From NCBI GenBank assembly GCA_030390025.1, contig CM059452.1, positions 7,626,001-7,690,000 on the forward strand: a DNA stretch of 64,000 nucleotides, given 5' to 3'. Under the pieces are notes generated by a model. That model was not told where the DNA came from. It did not search any database and was given only the letters and a program-made list of their open reading frames with translations. The DNA is from Squalus acanthias (Eukaryota). Within the stretch, counting starts at the first letter, position 1. Every line of letters begins with the position of its first letter. Below are positions 51,477-64,000 of this stretch, in pieces. A program made the translations under genes and the position numbers.

Positions 51477-54387
51477 GATGGGTGATTCCCTGGATCCTTA
51501 GTTCCGAGTTCGTCCAAAAAGTTTGAGTGCAAAGTTTTTCAAAGTTGATTAAATTGTCGTAAGAATGAGCCTTACGCGTGGTGAACTTAAAGTAAGCTTT
51601 AATCAACTAAAAAGGTGCTACATACAAAAGAGGTCTTACTCTATGCCTCTCCAGGATCCAACTGATCAGCCCAGTATTTATCCTGGACTAATCACAGGAA
51701 GTGATGTAATAAAGTTCAAGTCACAGGAAGCTGTATTGTGTTACCACACCTCCATTAGGTCTCCCCTTAACTTTCACTGCTCCAAGGAACAATCCCAGTT
51801 TCTCCAATCTCTCCGCATAACTGAAGTCTCTCATCCCTGGTCTCATCCTGGTCAACCTCCTCTGTACCCTCTTCAAGGCCTTGTCATTCTCCCTAAGTTT
51901 TGGTGGTCAGAATTGTATACCCTACTTCATCTGATGCCTAACCAGTGATTTGTAAAGTTTTAGCATGACTTCCTTGTTTTTTGTATTCAATACCCCCTTT
52001 ACAATGGCCAGTATCCCAACACACTTCTGTAACCGCCTGATCATCTTGCCCTGCCACCTTCAAAGATTTGTGACTATGCACCCCAAGGTCCCTCTGCTCT
52101 TGCACCACCCTCTGGATTATACTGTCTCTCCCTGTTATTCCTCCAAAAGTGAATCACTTCACACTTATCTGCATTAAATTGCATCAGCCACATGTCTGCC
52201 CATTTCACCAGTCTGTCTATGTCCTCCTGAAGTCCGCTGCTATCCTGCTCACTAGTTACTACGTTGCCAAGTTTGCATCTTCCGCACACTTGAAAACTGT
52301 ACTCCCTATAAACAAGTCCAGGTAATTTATATATAAAAGAGGAAAAGCAATTGTCCTAATACCGACCCTCGGGGGACCCCACTGCATACTTCTCTTCAGT
52401 CAGGCAAACATCCGTTCACCACTACTCTCTGCCTCCTCTCCCTCTGCCAATTACATACCCAAGTTACCTCCATCCCTTTAATCACATGTGCTTCTATTTT
52501 CAGAATAAGTCTTTCATGAGATACTTTATAAAATGCCATTTGAAAGTCTATATGTACAACATCTACTGCAACACCATCATCAACCCTCTCTGTTACTTCA
52601 CACTGTAGACCGAGCTTTCAGTATCTGACCAATAAGCCGCAGGTGTTTGTGTTATCCGCACAAACCAGAAGCCAGAGTTGCCCACATCAGCAGTCAGCAC
52701 ATTAGTTACATTTGTCCTTCCTTGCATAGAACCCGCTGATAACCAATCCATTTATAATGTTTAAGGATTGCCAATATTAGATATTTGGAAAAGAAATCTC
52801 TCCCGATGTTTAGATTATGTTCGGTACAAACAGCAACAAGAAGTGACTGTAATGACCCAGGAAGCAGCGCCTGTTCTCACTGGTGGGAGGTTGGAAAGTA
52901 ATTTAGAAAATGAAATGGAGCATTTAAAGAGCATCGTTGCATATAACCGGCTTTGGGAATCGTATATAATTCGGATAATTTAATTGAGTGAGTGGGAGGA
53001 GGAAAGTCAGGAGACATCCATTCAGTAGAATGGGACAGAGGACAAGTCACACTGCATCGCTCCCACTCCAATTCTGAGAAGGAAAGAGAGAGACTAGAAT
53101 CAATCCCGATTCATCTAAATCTTGAATCTTAGAAACCAGGCTGTGCAAAAGTTCCCTATTCAAATCTGTGCGCTAAATTATTCCGCTCACATTTTAAAGG
53201 AGACTTCAACCATTTATTGTAAACGTCCTTTATTGTCATGGGAACAATGAAGATTTAGATGAGGTCTGATAGAGGGGTTTGGAATTATGAAGGGTTTTAT
53301 GAAGGGATTCGGGAAACATATTTCCCGGGTCGGTGAGTTGGTGAGTAAATGGCACTGATTGAAAATCAGCAGCAACAGAATAAAGGGAGAGGTTTTATTC
53401 TACTTTTCTACACAGGGGGCTGTTAATCATAGGATGTCCTATCAGAAAGAGGGCTGCATGTAAAATCCACAATAGCTCGATAAAATTGAACATTTGAGAA
53501 GAAGATTGGAAATTGGAAGGTACACGGGATTGGTGGAGAGACCTTTCAGAGGTGTGATCGGCCGAATAGCCTCCTTCTGTGCTGTAACGTTGTATTATTT
53601 TATAATTCTGGGTCATGCTTTATAAACATGCTGGGATTTGTTTTAAAGGTAACAGAACTAGTAGATCTAGCTGTAGGAGTTGTGTGCTTAGGAGAACTAA
53701 CCCCACCGCTATTCAAACAAGTCTATCCCCTGAAATCAACAACTTGCATTTAATTAGCGCCTTTAACGTAGTAAAACGTCCCAAGACGATTCACAGGAGC
53801 GTCAGCATATAGAATCTGACACCGAGCCACATAAGCAGATATCATTTTATTTCTTTAGTATGGTTGGTAGTTATACTGACAGTTGACCAAAAGTTTGGTG
53901 AAAGAGGTAAGTTTTAAGGCAGCATCTTACAATGGAGAGAACACGACACTTTGATATCATGGAATGGCCTGATTCTGTGCTGATAATAAGAGGCTGACAG
54001 CAAAAGGATGTAGGGAGGAGCTCAGTGGACAGAATGTGAAAGAATCTAATGTGAAAGTGGTTGGGGAATGAGGGGAGTGTTCCACAACAGGGGATCAAGA
54101 GCTGGAGGAAGTCCACGAAACAATATTCCGGCATTCACTCGGTATAAAGGGGCCTCATGGACAGAATGCTCCTTTCAGACTCCTGACTTTTCTTATGTAC
54201 AAGACTGGAGTCACATGAAGGCGTTTCACGTCGGGTCTCACAACTCACAGAAACTCAAATGCTGATGTAGATTTGGATCGACAAATGATGGAATTAGTTC
54301 ATCCTGTAGTCACATTTCAAGTTGTTTGGTTATGTTATAAGCACGGATTACAGAGTCTAACTTGTTCAATTGGCCATTCTTTCCCAG

Positions 54388-54687
54388 CGACACAGTCTCC
54401 TCCCACCCTCTACGCCCTGCTCTCCTCCTGTGAACAACCCAACACCGGCGGCCCCGTCACCTACGGCTGTTTGGCGATGGACTACTTCCCGGAAATCACC
54501 AGCCTTTCCTGGAGTAAAGATAAAGAGCCGATCACCACTGGATTGAAGACCTACCCGTCAGTGTTCAACAAGCAGGGAACCTACACCCTGAGCAGCCAGT
54601 TAACCATCACCGAGTCAGAGGTGGGGAGCAGCGCCATCTACTGCCAGGTTCGACGAAGTGGGTCAGACTGGAGCGTCAAAATGCGAG
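54388..54687 (+). CDS. IGHM: IgM CH1 exon, cluster 2
   Basis: ttcccag|[35 protein letters not shown]..; G|gttag; L-chain-linking Cys present. Confidence 0.95.
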
Positions 54688-54767
54688 GTTAGTGTTGTGG
54701 GATACAGGGGGGAAACTGTGAAAAGCAGAGAAGTTATGTTCAACTTCTATACAACTTTGGTTAGACC

Positions 54768-55262
54768 AGACTTAGAGCACTGTGTACAGGTCTGGTCTCC
54801 ATATCACACTTAGAGTACTGTGTACAGGTCTGGTCTCCATATCACACTTAGAGTGCTGTGTACAGGTCTGTTCTCCATATCACACTTAGAGTACTGTGCA
54901 CAGGTCTGATCTCCATATCACACCTAGAGCACTGTGCACAGGTCTGGTCTCCATATCACACTTAGAGTACTGTGCACAGGTCTGATCTCCATATCACACC
55001 TAGAGCACTGTGTACAGGTCTGATCTCCATATCACACCTAGAGCACTGTGTACAGGTCTGGTCTCCATATCACACTTAGAGCACTGTGTACAGGTCTGGT
55101 CTCCATATCACACTTAGAGTACTGTGTACAGGTCTGGTCTCCATATCACACTTAGAGCACTGTGCACAGGTCTGGTCTCCATATCACACTTAGAGTACTG
55201 TGTACAGGTCTGGTCTCCATATCACACTTAGTGTACTGTCCATTGTTCTGGTTTCCATATTA
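54768..55262. repeat. 38-bp minisatellite inside a + strand CR1 fragment (~54710-55770)
   Basis: CACTTAGAGTACTGTGTACAGGTCTGGTCTCCATATCA x ~12. Confidence 0.9.
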
Positions 55263-55836
55263 TAAGAATGATACAGAGGCACTGGAGAAGTGCAAAACTG
55301 ATTGACAAGGACGAACACAGAACTGAAAAATTGTAACTGTCAAGAATGATTGAACCGGCTTGGGATCTTTTCTCTAGAAAATAGAAGGCTGAGGGGTGAC
55401 CTAATAGTGGTATTTAAAATTATGAAGGAGTTGAAAGGTTAGACGTAGAGAAAGTATTTCTGCTTGAGGAGGAGCCCGATACTGGGGGCCATAAATATAA
55501 GATAATCACTAATATATCCAATAGGGAATTCAGGGGAATCTTCTTTACCCAGAGAGTGGGTAGAATATGGAACCCGCCACCACATGGAGTAGTTGAGGCG
55601 AATAGAATAGATGCGTTTCAGGGGAATCTAGATAAGTACAGGAGGGAGAAAGGAATAGAAGGTTATGTTGATGGGGAGATGAAGTAGGGAGAGAGGAGGC
55701 TCATGTGGAGCATAAACACCGACCTGTTGGGCCGAGTGGCCTGTTTCTGTGTTGTAGATTCTATGTAAAAAACGCTTTACAGTTCTTATTGTTTGGATTA
55801 CAACAAATAATCCCAATAAAATGTATTTTCTTGCAG

Positions 55837-56148
55837 ATCTTATGGTACATCATCCAACTGTGATCCTCACCCTGAGTTCCAGTGAAGAAATCATCAGCAG
55901 CAGGTCTGCAACCGCCGTGTGTTCAATCATCGATTTCCGTCCAAAGGCAATGACCGTGAATTGGCTGAAGAATGGACAGCTCATGGATTCGGACATCGTC
56001 ACCTCTCCCGTCTTTGAAGTGAACGGGAACTTCTCGGCGACCAGTCGGCTGACATTCACCGCCGGGGAATGGTTCGCCGACTCGGTCTATACCTGCCAGG
56101 TCTCTCATCAAGGGGACACCCAAAGCCGAAACATCACCAGATCTCCGG
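55837..56148 (+). CDS. IGHM: IgM CH2 exon, cluster 2
   Basis: ttgcag|..[30 protein letters not shown]; G|gtaag. Confidence 0.95.
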
Positions 56149-56204
56149 GTAAGAGACACAATCCCGAGAAGTCCCAGATCATTCTGAGCGCCGCACTCAG
56201 TCAG

Positions 56205-56812
56205 GAGTCATAGAGTCATATCGGTACAGAAGGAGGCCATTCGGCCCATCGAGTCCGTGCCGGCTCTCTGTAGAGCAATCCAGTCAGTCCCATTCCCCAG
56301 CTCTATCCCCGTAGCCCTGCAGGTTTATTTCCCTCAAGTGCCTATCCAGGCTCCCCTTGAAAACATTGAGTGTCTCCGCTTCCACCACTTCCGTCCGCAT
56401 TCCAGGTCATCACCACTCGCTGCGTAAAAAAGCTTTTCCACACAACCCTCCTGTATCTCTTGCCCAAAACCTTAAATCTGTGACCCTAGTTCTTATACCA
56501 TCAACTAGTGAGAACAGCCTTTCCCCGTCTAGCCTATCCAAACCCGTCATAATCTTGTACACTTCTTTTAAATCACCCTTCAACCTCCTTTGCTGTAATG
56601 AAAACAAATCCAGCTTCTCCAACCTGTCCTTGTAGCTAAGATCCCCCATCCCCGGAACCATCCTGGTAAATCTTCTCTGCACACTCTCAAGGGCCTTCAC
56701 ATCCTTCCTAAAATGTGGTGACTGGAACTGGACACAATGCTCCAGTTGTGGCCTAACCAGTGCTTTATAAAGGTTCAGCATAACTTCTCTACTTTTGTAA
56801 TCAATACCTCTA
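56205..56812 (-). mobile_element. CR1 LINE 3' fragment
   Basis: ORF 56410..56781 RPQLEHCVQF. Confidence 0.87.
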
Positions 56813-57094
56813 TTGTTTTATTGAACTTTTATTGGAATTAGAAAAAAGCACAGATCTATTTCTAATTTCCAATCATACAGTTTGTGTCTCCTTCCGATGT
56901 CAGTGCTGACTCAGGGTTCCTCACGGTTCAGGATTCCAGCACTTCGCCAAAGGTTTCCCTCAGCTGTGATGTCAGTCAGTGAGTGAGGTGTCCTTAGTCT
57001 CAGATTTATCCTGACTTGGCTGATCATATTCGGAGCGACAGTAGGTGTCTGGAACCCTTTACTGGTAACTGTCTCGGGACGCACTGCTAGAAAG

Positions 57095-57650
57095 GACATC
57101 TACCCTATTTAGAGAACTGCGTTCAATTCTGGGCACCGCCCATCAGGATGGATATAGTGGCTTTAGAGGGTGCAACGCAAATTCACCCGAATCATACCGG
57201 GACTGAAAGGGTTAAATTATGAGGAGAGGTTGCACAGAATAGTCTTGCATTCCTTTGAGTATAGAAGATTAAGAGGTGATCTAATTGAGGTGTTTAAGTT
57301 GATAAATGGAATTGATAGGGGAGATAGAGAGAAACTATTTCCTCTGGTGCGGGAGTCCAGAACAAGGGGCATAACCTTAAAATTAGAACCGAGCCGTTCA
57401 GGGGTGATGTCAGGAAGCACTTCTTCACACAAAGGACAGTGGAAATCTGGAACTCTCTCCCCGCCAAAAGCTGTTGAGGCTGGGGGTCAATTGAAAATTT
57501 CAAAACTGAGATTGATAGATGTTTGTGAGGCAAAGGTATCAAGGGTTACAGAAACAAGGCGGGTAGATGGTGTTGAGGTGTAGATCAGCCGTGATCTCAT
57601 TGAATGGCGGAACAGGCTGGATGGGCTGAATGGCCTACTCCTGTTCCTCT
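57095..57650 (+). mobile_element. CR1 LINE 3' fragment (paralog of 1-90 plus ~1195-1507)
   Basis: ORF 57170..57583 QRKFTRIIPGLKGLNYEERL. Confidence 0.87.
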
Positions 57651-58353
57651 GTTGCTATTACTGCCCTGCGGTCATATTTCCTTCTGACTCTCTCACCAGA
57701 CATGTTAAGTGCTCACTAATGACAGAAATGAACAAATTACTTCACATCGGCATTACACATTATTCACCACCACAAAAGACCCCTTGGAACTCCATTCTCC
57801 CGACCTTTCACTTCTCCTCTGACGGGGCTGCAACTGGTTCCTGCACATTTTCATCGCCCCCAAAATCGCAACAAGACATCAGAAAATTAACTTTGTTTCC
57901 AGTTGCACCTAAAATCCTGGATTTCATTTGACACTCGTTTTGAACCAGTGTAATTTTCGTGTAGAGCTCTTGACCCTGGGGGCGGAGCCATTATAATGAG
58001 CGGGAATGCGTTCGGGCACAAGGATCTATAGACGGGCGTAAAGGAGCAAGGGATTTCGGGAAGAGCGCTACTCAGTGCGTAACACAATTGCGCCCAGATT
58101 TATTCATTTTTTACGCCGGGTATTTGCTTCACAGCCCATTACAGGAGGCTCTGGGAGCAAATACACCGGAAATGTTAAAGAGTCTCCCGGAATCGTTGTC
58201 AATTCGTTGTCCTTCCAATAACGATGGTGTTTAAGCAACAGCGAGAGGTTGATATCTCAAAGGTGATTTATTCTCCCTGAGAGAGTGAAGGCTGAATACT
58301 GGTGTCCTGATTCTGAAGATGGAGCTTTGCTTGACTTTCATTTCTGTTCACAG

Positions 58354-58662
58354 ATGGTTCCTCATGCAACGATCCAGAAATCACTCTTCCGCAACCGTCA
58401 CTAGAACAGGTCTTACTGGAGGCGACGGTGACCTTAACCTGCGTCGTGTCTAATGCTCCTTATGGAGTCAACGTGTCCTGGACCCGAGAAAAGGAGACTT
58501 TGAAATCAGAGATTGCCGTCCAACCCGGAGAGGCTCCCAACAGCGTGATCAGCAACTTAAACATCTCGACACAAGCCTGGCTGAGTGGGGATGAGTTCTA
58601 CTGCGTGGTGAGCCATCAGGATATGCCGACTCCTATAAGAGATTCCATCCACAAGGAAAAAG
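58354..58662 (+). CDS. IGHM: IgM CH3 exon, cluster 2 (intact)
   Basis: cacag|[41 protein letters not shown]..; G|gtgag. Confidence 0.95.
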
Positions 58663-59179
58663 GTGAGCGGTGAGATTGTAGCAATAAGTGAGACTCTGTG
58701 ACTATTTCCGGTGCTTGTGCACGGCCCAATTCATTCTATTCAGTGTTTTAATGCACTGCTCTGATAATTCAATTGGTAATTCCACTAACTAAACCCTCTG
58801 GGACCCGAGATGGTGCATTTCAGGGGAAGCTGGATAAGTACATGAGGGGAAAAGGAATAGAAGGATATGTTATTAGTGTTAGATGAAGTAAGGTGGGAGG
58901 AGTCTCGTGTGGAGCATAAACAGCGGCATTGACCAGTTGGGCCGAATGGTCTGTTTCTGTGATGTAAATTCTATATAATTTTCCAGTCCAACTCTTCAAG
59001 CTCCCAGAGAGAAGGATTGTATCCCCCTCTGCTCCGGGCTGGAAAACCGGACAGGACACAGAGGGGAAAAGGGAATCCTTTAAATTCAGCGCAAAGCACA
59101 TTTCTCTCACATCTAACCGCCGGTTTCATTGTCTCTGGAATTCTCCAGTTTATTGACCTTTATTGTAATTGTTCTGCAG

Positions 59180-59571
59180 CTAAACATCCGCGGGAACCGT
59201 CCGTGTCTGTCCTCCTGCCCCCGGCAGAAGAAGTCTCCGCTCAGAGGTTCGTCACCCTCACCTGCTTAGTGAGAGGTTTCTCCCCCCGAGAGATCTTCGT
59301 CAAGTGGACCGTCAATGACAAGCCGGTGAATTCCGGCAACTACAAGAACACCGAGGTGATGGCGGAGAACGGCAGCAGTTCCTTCTTCATGTACAGCCTG
59401 TTATCCATTGCAGCGGAGGAGTGGGCCAGCGGCGCTTCTTACTCCTGTGTGGTGGGACATGAAGCGCTCCCCTTGAAGATCATCAACAGAACGGTTAATA
59501 AATCCAGCGGTAAACCCAGTTTTGTCAACATTTCCCTTGTTCTGATGGACACCGTCAATTCTTGTCAATGA
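59180..59571 (+). CDS. IGHM: IgM CH4 plus secretory tailpiece, cluster 2
   Basis: [35 protein letters not shown]; twin AATAAA downstream. Confidence 0.96.
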
Positions 59572-60004
59572 GAATCTCTCGATTGCATTTCAGTTCTTGA
59601 ATAAAAACCAATAAAGGCCTTTTCTTCCAATCGTCAGTTACACACACAGCCGCTCAATTAATTTTGTTTCCCATTTTTGCCAAGGGGAGGGCTGTTTATC
59701 TGAAGCAGGATATTTGCCGGTCTCGGGCCCAAGGCTTGTACAGCCAGCGCTCCCAGCTCAGATACACCACGGGTTAGAGACAGACTGAAGCTCTTTCATG
59801 ACAGGATTCCTCAAAGTCACTTCAGCAACTTTCCTCCCGCTGCGGGGAATCAAAAAGTTCCCATTTCAGACAAACAAACGCAGCACATTTAGATCTCGGT
59901 GTCCCTGTTCTCGTGTTGTCCATCCCTTCAGAATTGGGGCTAGTTTTATTTTGCAGCATCGCACCCTCTGGGATCTGAAATAAGGCCACACACGAACACG
60001 AACT

Positions 60005-63000
60005 GTAAACTCCACACCCCCACCAGAGAGAGGGGAAAGGGCAATTGTTAACCCACTGTACCCCCACTCCCCCACCAGAGAGAGGGGAAAGGGCAATTGT
60101 TAACCCACTGTACACCCACTCCCCCACCAGAGAGAGGGGAAAGGGCAATTGTTAACCCACTGTACCCCCACTCCCCCACCAGAGAGAGGGGAATGGGCAA
60201 TTGTTAACCCACTGTACCCCCACTGACCCACCAGAGAGAGGGGAAAGGGCAATTGTTAACACACTGTACCTCCCACTCCCCCACCAGAGAGAGGGGAAAG
60301 GGCAATTGTTAACCCACTGTACCTCCCACTCCCCCACCAGAGAGAGGTGAAAGGGCAATTGTTAACCCACTGTACCCCCACTCCCCCACCAGAGAGAGGG
60401 GAAAGGGCAATTGTTAACCCACTGTACCTCCCCCTCCCCCACCAGAGAGAGGGGAAAGGGCAATTGTTAACCCACTGTACCCCCACTCCCCCACCAGAGA
60501 GAGGGGAAAGGACAATTGTTAACCCACTGTACCTCCCCCTCCCCCACCAGAGAGAGGGGAAAGGGCAATTGTTAACCCACTGTACCCCCACTCCCCCACC
60601 AGAGAGAGGGGAATGGGCAATTGTTAACCCACTGTACCCCCACTGATCCACCAGAGAGAGGGGAAAGGGCAATTGTTAACCCACTGTACCTCCCACTCCC
60701 CCACCAGAGAGAGGGGAAAGGGCAATTGTTAACCCACTGTACCTCCCACTTCCCCACCAGAGAGAGGGGAAAGGGCAATTATTAACCCACTGTACCTCCC
60801 ACTCCCCCACCAGAGAGAGGGGAGAGGGCAATTGTTAACCCACTGTACCCCCACTCCCCCACCAGAGAGAGGGGAAAGGACAATTGTTAACCCACTGTAC
60901 CTCCCACTCCCCCACCAGAGAGAGGGGAAAGGGCAATTGTTAACCCACTGTACCTCCCACTCCCCCACCAGAGAGAGGGGAAAGGGCAATTGTTAACCCA
61001 CTGTACCCCCCACTCCCCCACCAGAGAGAGGGGAAAGGGCAATTGTTAACCCACTGTACCCCCCACTCCCCCACCAGAGAGAGGGGAAAGGACAATTGTT
61101 AACCCACTGTACCTCCCACTCCCCCACCAGAGAGAGGGGAAAGGACAATTGTTAACCCACTGTACCTCCCACTCCCCCACCAGAGAGAGGGGAAAGGGCA
61201 ATTGTTAACCCACTGTACCTCCCACTCCCCCACCAGAGAGAGGGGAAAGGGCAATTGTTAAACCCACTGTACCTCCCACTCCCCCACCAGAGAGAGGGGA
61301 AAGGGCAATTGTTAACCCACTGTACCCCCCACTCCCCCACCAGAGAGAGGGGAAAGGGCAATTGTTAACACACTGTACCCCCCACTCCCCCACCAGAGAG
61401 AGGGGAAAGGACAATTGTTAACCCACTGTACCTCCCACTCCCCCACCAGAGAGAGGGGAATGGGCAATTGTTAACCCACTGTACCCCCACTGACCCACCA
61501 GAGAGAGGGGAAAGGGCAATTGTTAACACACTGTACCTCCCACTCCCCCACCAGAGAGAGGGGAAAGGGCAATTGTTAACCCACTGTACCTCCCACTCCC
61601 CCATCAGAGAGAGGGGAAAGGGCAATTGTTAACCCACTGTACCTCCCACTTCCCCACCAGAGAGAGGGGAAAGGGCAATTGTTAACACACTGTACCTCCC
61701 ACTCCCCCACCAGAGAGAGGGGAATGGGCAATTGTTAACCCACTGTACCCCCACTGACCCACCAGAGAGAGGGGAAAGGGCAATTGTTAACACACTGTAC
61801 CTCCCACTCCCCCACCAGAGAGAGGGGAATGGGCAATTGTTAACCCACTGTACCCCCACTGACCCACCAGAGAGAGGGGAAAGGGCAATTGTTAACACTC
61901 TGTACCTCCCACTCCCCCACCAGAGAGAGGGGAAAGGGCAATTGTTAACCCACTGTACCTCCCACTCCCCCATCAGAGAGAGGGGAAAGGGCAATTGTTA
62001 ACCCACTGTACCTCCCACTTCCCCACCAGAGAGAGGGGAAAGGGCAATTGTTAACCCACTGTACCTCCCACTCCCCCACCAGAGAGAGGGGAGAGGGCAA
62101 TTGTTAACCCACTGTACCCCCACTCCCCCACCAGAGAGAGGGGAAAGGACAATTGTTAACCCACTGTACCTCCCACTCCCCCACCAGAGAGAGGGGAAAG
62201 GGCAATTGTTAACCCACTGTACCTCCCACTCCCCCACCAGAGAGAGGGGAAAGGGCAATTGTTAACCCATTGTACCCCCCACTCCCCCACCAGAGAGAGG
62301 GGAAAGGGCAATTGTTAACCCACTGTACCCCCCACTCCCCCACCAGAGAGAGGGGAAAGGACAATTGTTAACCCACTGTACCTCACACTCCCCCACCAGA
62401 GAGAGGGGAAAGGACAATTGTTAACCCACTGTACCTCCCACTCCCCCACCAGAGAGAGGGGAAAGGGCAATTGTTAACCCACTGTACCCCCCACTCCCCC
62501 ACCAGAGAGAGGGGAAAGGGCAATTGTTAACACACTGTACCCCCCACTCCCCCACCAGAGAGAGGGGAAAGGGCAATTGTTAACACACTGTACCCCCCAC
62601 TCCCCCACCAGAGAGAGGGGAAAGGGCAATTGTTAACCCACTGTACCTTCCACTCCCCCACCAGAGAGAGGGGAAAGGGCAATTGTTAACCCACTGTACC
62701 CCCACTCCCCCACCAGAGAGAGGGGAAAGGGCATTTTTTAACCCACTGTACTCCCACTCTCCACCAGAGAGAGGGGAAAGGGCAATTGTTAACCCACTGT
62801 ACCTCCACCCCCCACCAGAGAGAGGGGAAAAGGGCAATTGTTAAACCACTGTACCCCCACTCCCCCACCAGAGAGAGGGGAAAGGGCAATTGTTAACCCA
62901 CTGTACCCCCACTCCCCCACCAGAGAGAGGGGAAAGGGCAATTGTTAACCCACTGTACCCCCACTCCCCCACCAGAGAGAGGGGAAAGGGCAATTGTTAA

Positions 63001-63978
63001 CCCACTGTACCCCCACTCCCCCACCAGAGAGAGGGGAATGGGCAATTGTCAACCCACTGTACCCCCACTGACCCACCAGAGAGAGGGGAAAGGGCAATTG
63101 TTAACCAACTGTACCTCCCACTCCCCCACCAGAGAGAGGGGAAAGGGCAATTGTTAACCCACTGTACCTCCCACTCCCCCACCAGAGAGAGGGGAAAGGG
63201 CAATTGTTAACCCACTGTACCCCCCACTCCCCCACCAGAGAGAGGGGAAAGGGCAATTGTTAACCCACTGTACCTTCCACTCCCCCACCAGAGAGAGGGG
63301 AAAGGGCAATTGTTAACCCACTGTACCCCCACTCCCCCACCAGAGAGAGGGGAAAGGGAATTTGTTAACCCACTGTACCCCCACTCTCCACCAGAGAGAG
63401 GGGAAAGGGCAATTGTTAACCCACTGTACCTCCACCCCCCACCAGAGAGAGGGGAAAAGGGCAATTGTTAAACCACTGTACCCCCACTCCCCCACCAGAG
63501 AGAGGGGAACGGGCAATTGTTAACCCACTGTACCTCACACTCCCCCACCAGAGAGAGGGTAAAGGGTAATTGTTAACCCACTGTACCTCCCACTCCCCCA
63601 CCAGAGAGAGGGGAAAGGGCAATTGTTAACCCACAGTACCTCCACCCCCCGCCAGAGAGAGGGGAAAGGGTTATTGTTAACCCACTGTACCTCCACCCCC
63701 CACCAGAGAGAGGGGAATGGGCAATTGTTAACCCTGTACTCCTACTCCCCCACCAGAGAGAGGGGAAAAGGGCAATTGTTAACCCACTGTATCCCCACAC
63801 CCCCACCAGAGAGAGGGGAAAGGGCAATTGTTAACCCACTGTACCTCCCACTCCCCCACCAGAGAGAGGGGAAAGGGCAATTGTTAACCCACTCTGCCCC
63901 CACTCCCCCACCAGAGAGAGGGGAAAGGGCAATTGTTAACCCACTGTACCTCCCACTCCCCCACCAGAGAGAGGGGAG
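60005..63978. repeat. ~53-bp minisatellite (~4 kb), paralog of 3821-8925
   Basis: same unit and same flanks (..GGAGGTGARCCAATCTCTATTATATG). Confidence 0.98.
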
Positions 63979-64000
63979 GTGAACCAATCTCTATTATATG

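Larger units (their letters stand above)
42987..51748 (-). mobile_element. Ty3/Gypsy LTR retrotransposon, tandem LTR-int-LTR-int-LTR (unit 4284 bp), TSD CCTCC, inserted in a CR1 fragment
   Basis: 194-bp TG..CA LTRs at 42987-43180, 47271-47464 and 51555-51748; TSD at 42982-42986 and 51749-51753; host CR1 at ~42685-42986 and 51749-~52600. Confidence 0.96.

Overview
Cartilaginous-fish (shark-type) antigen-receptor locus. The window holds two IgM heavy-chain clusters in the same (+) orientation, offset by about 56 kb. Cluster 1 shows only its 3' end: CH3 with a premature stop, CH4 plus secretory tail, TM1 and TM2. Cluster 2 is nearly complete: leader, an already joined in-frame VDJ exon with no RSSs, and CH1-CH4 plus secretory tail; its TM exons would lie beyond the window. 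Between the clusters sits an array of six unrearranged TCR alpha/delta-type V segments with 23(24)-bp-spacer RSSs. One has no leader intron and two are probable pseudogenes. The array also contains an orphan inverted leader and several CTCF-like sites, and no TCR D, J or C is visible in the window. The J-CH1 intron of cluster 2 carries a tandem three-LTR Ty3/Gypsy retrotransposon with a putative self-priming PBS. The rest is CR1/L2-group LINE fragments, minisatellites (53, 61, 27, ~65 and 38 bp), an interleaved inverted-repeat element, a palindromic Penelope-like insert with a hammerhead core, possible highly decayed Ig-domain relics and a 257-N gap. All calls were made by eye; no database search was run.
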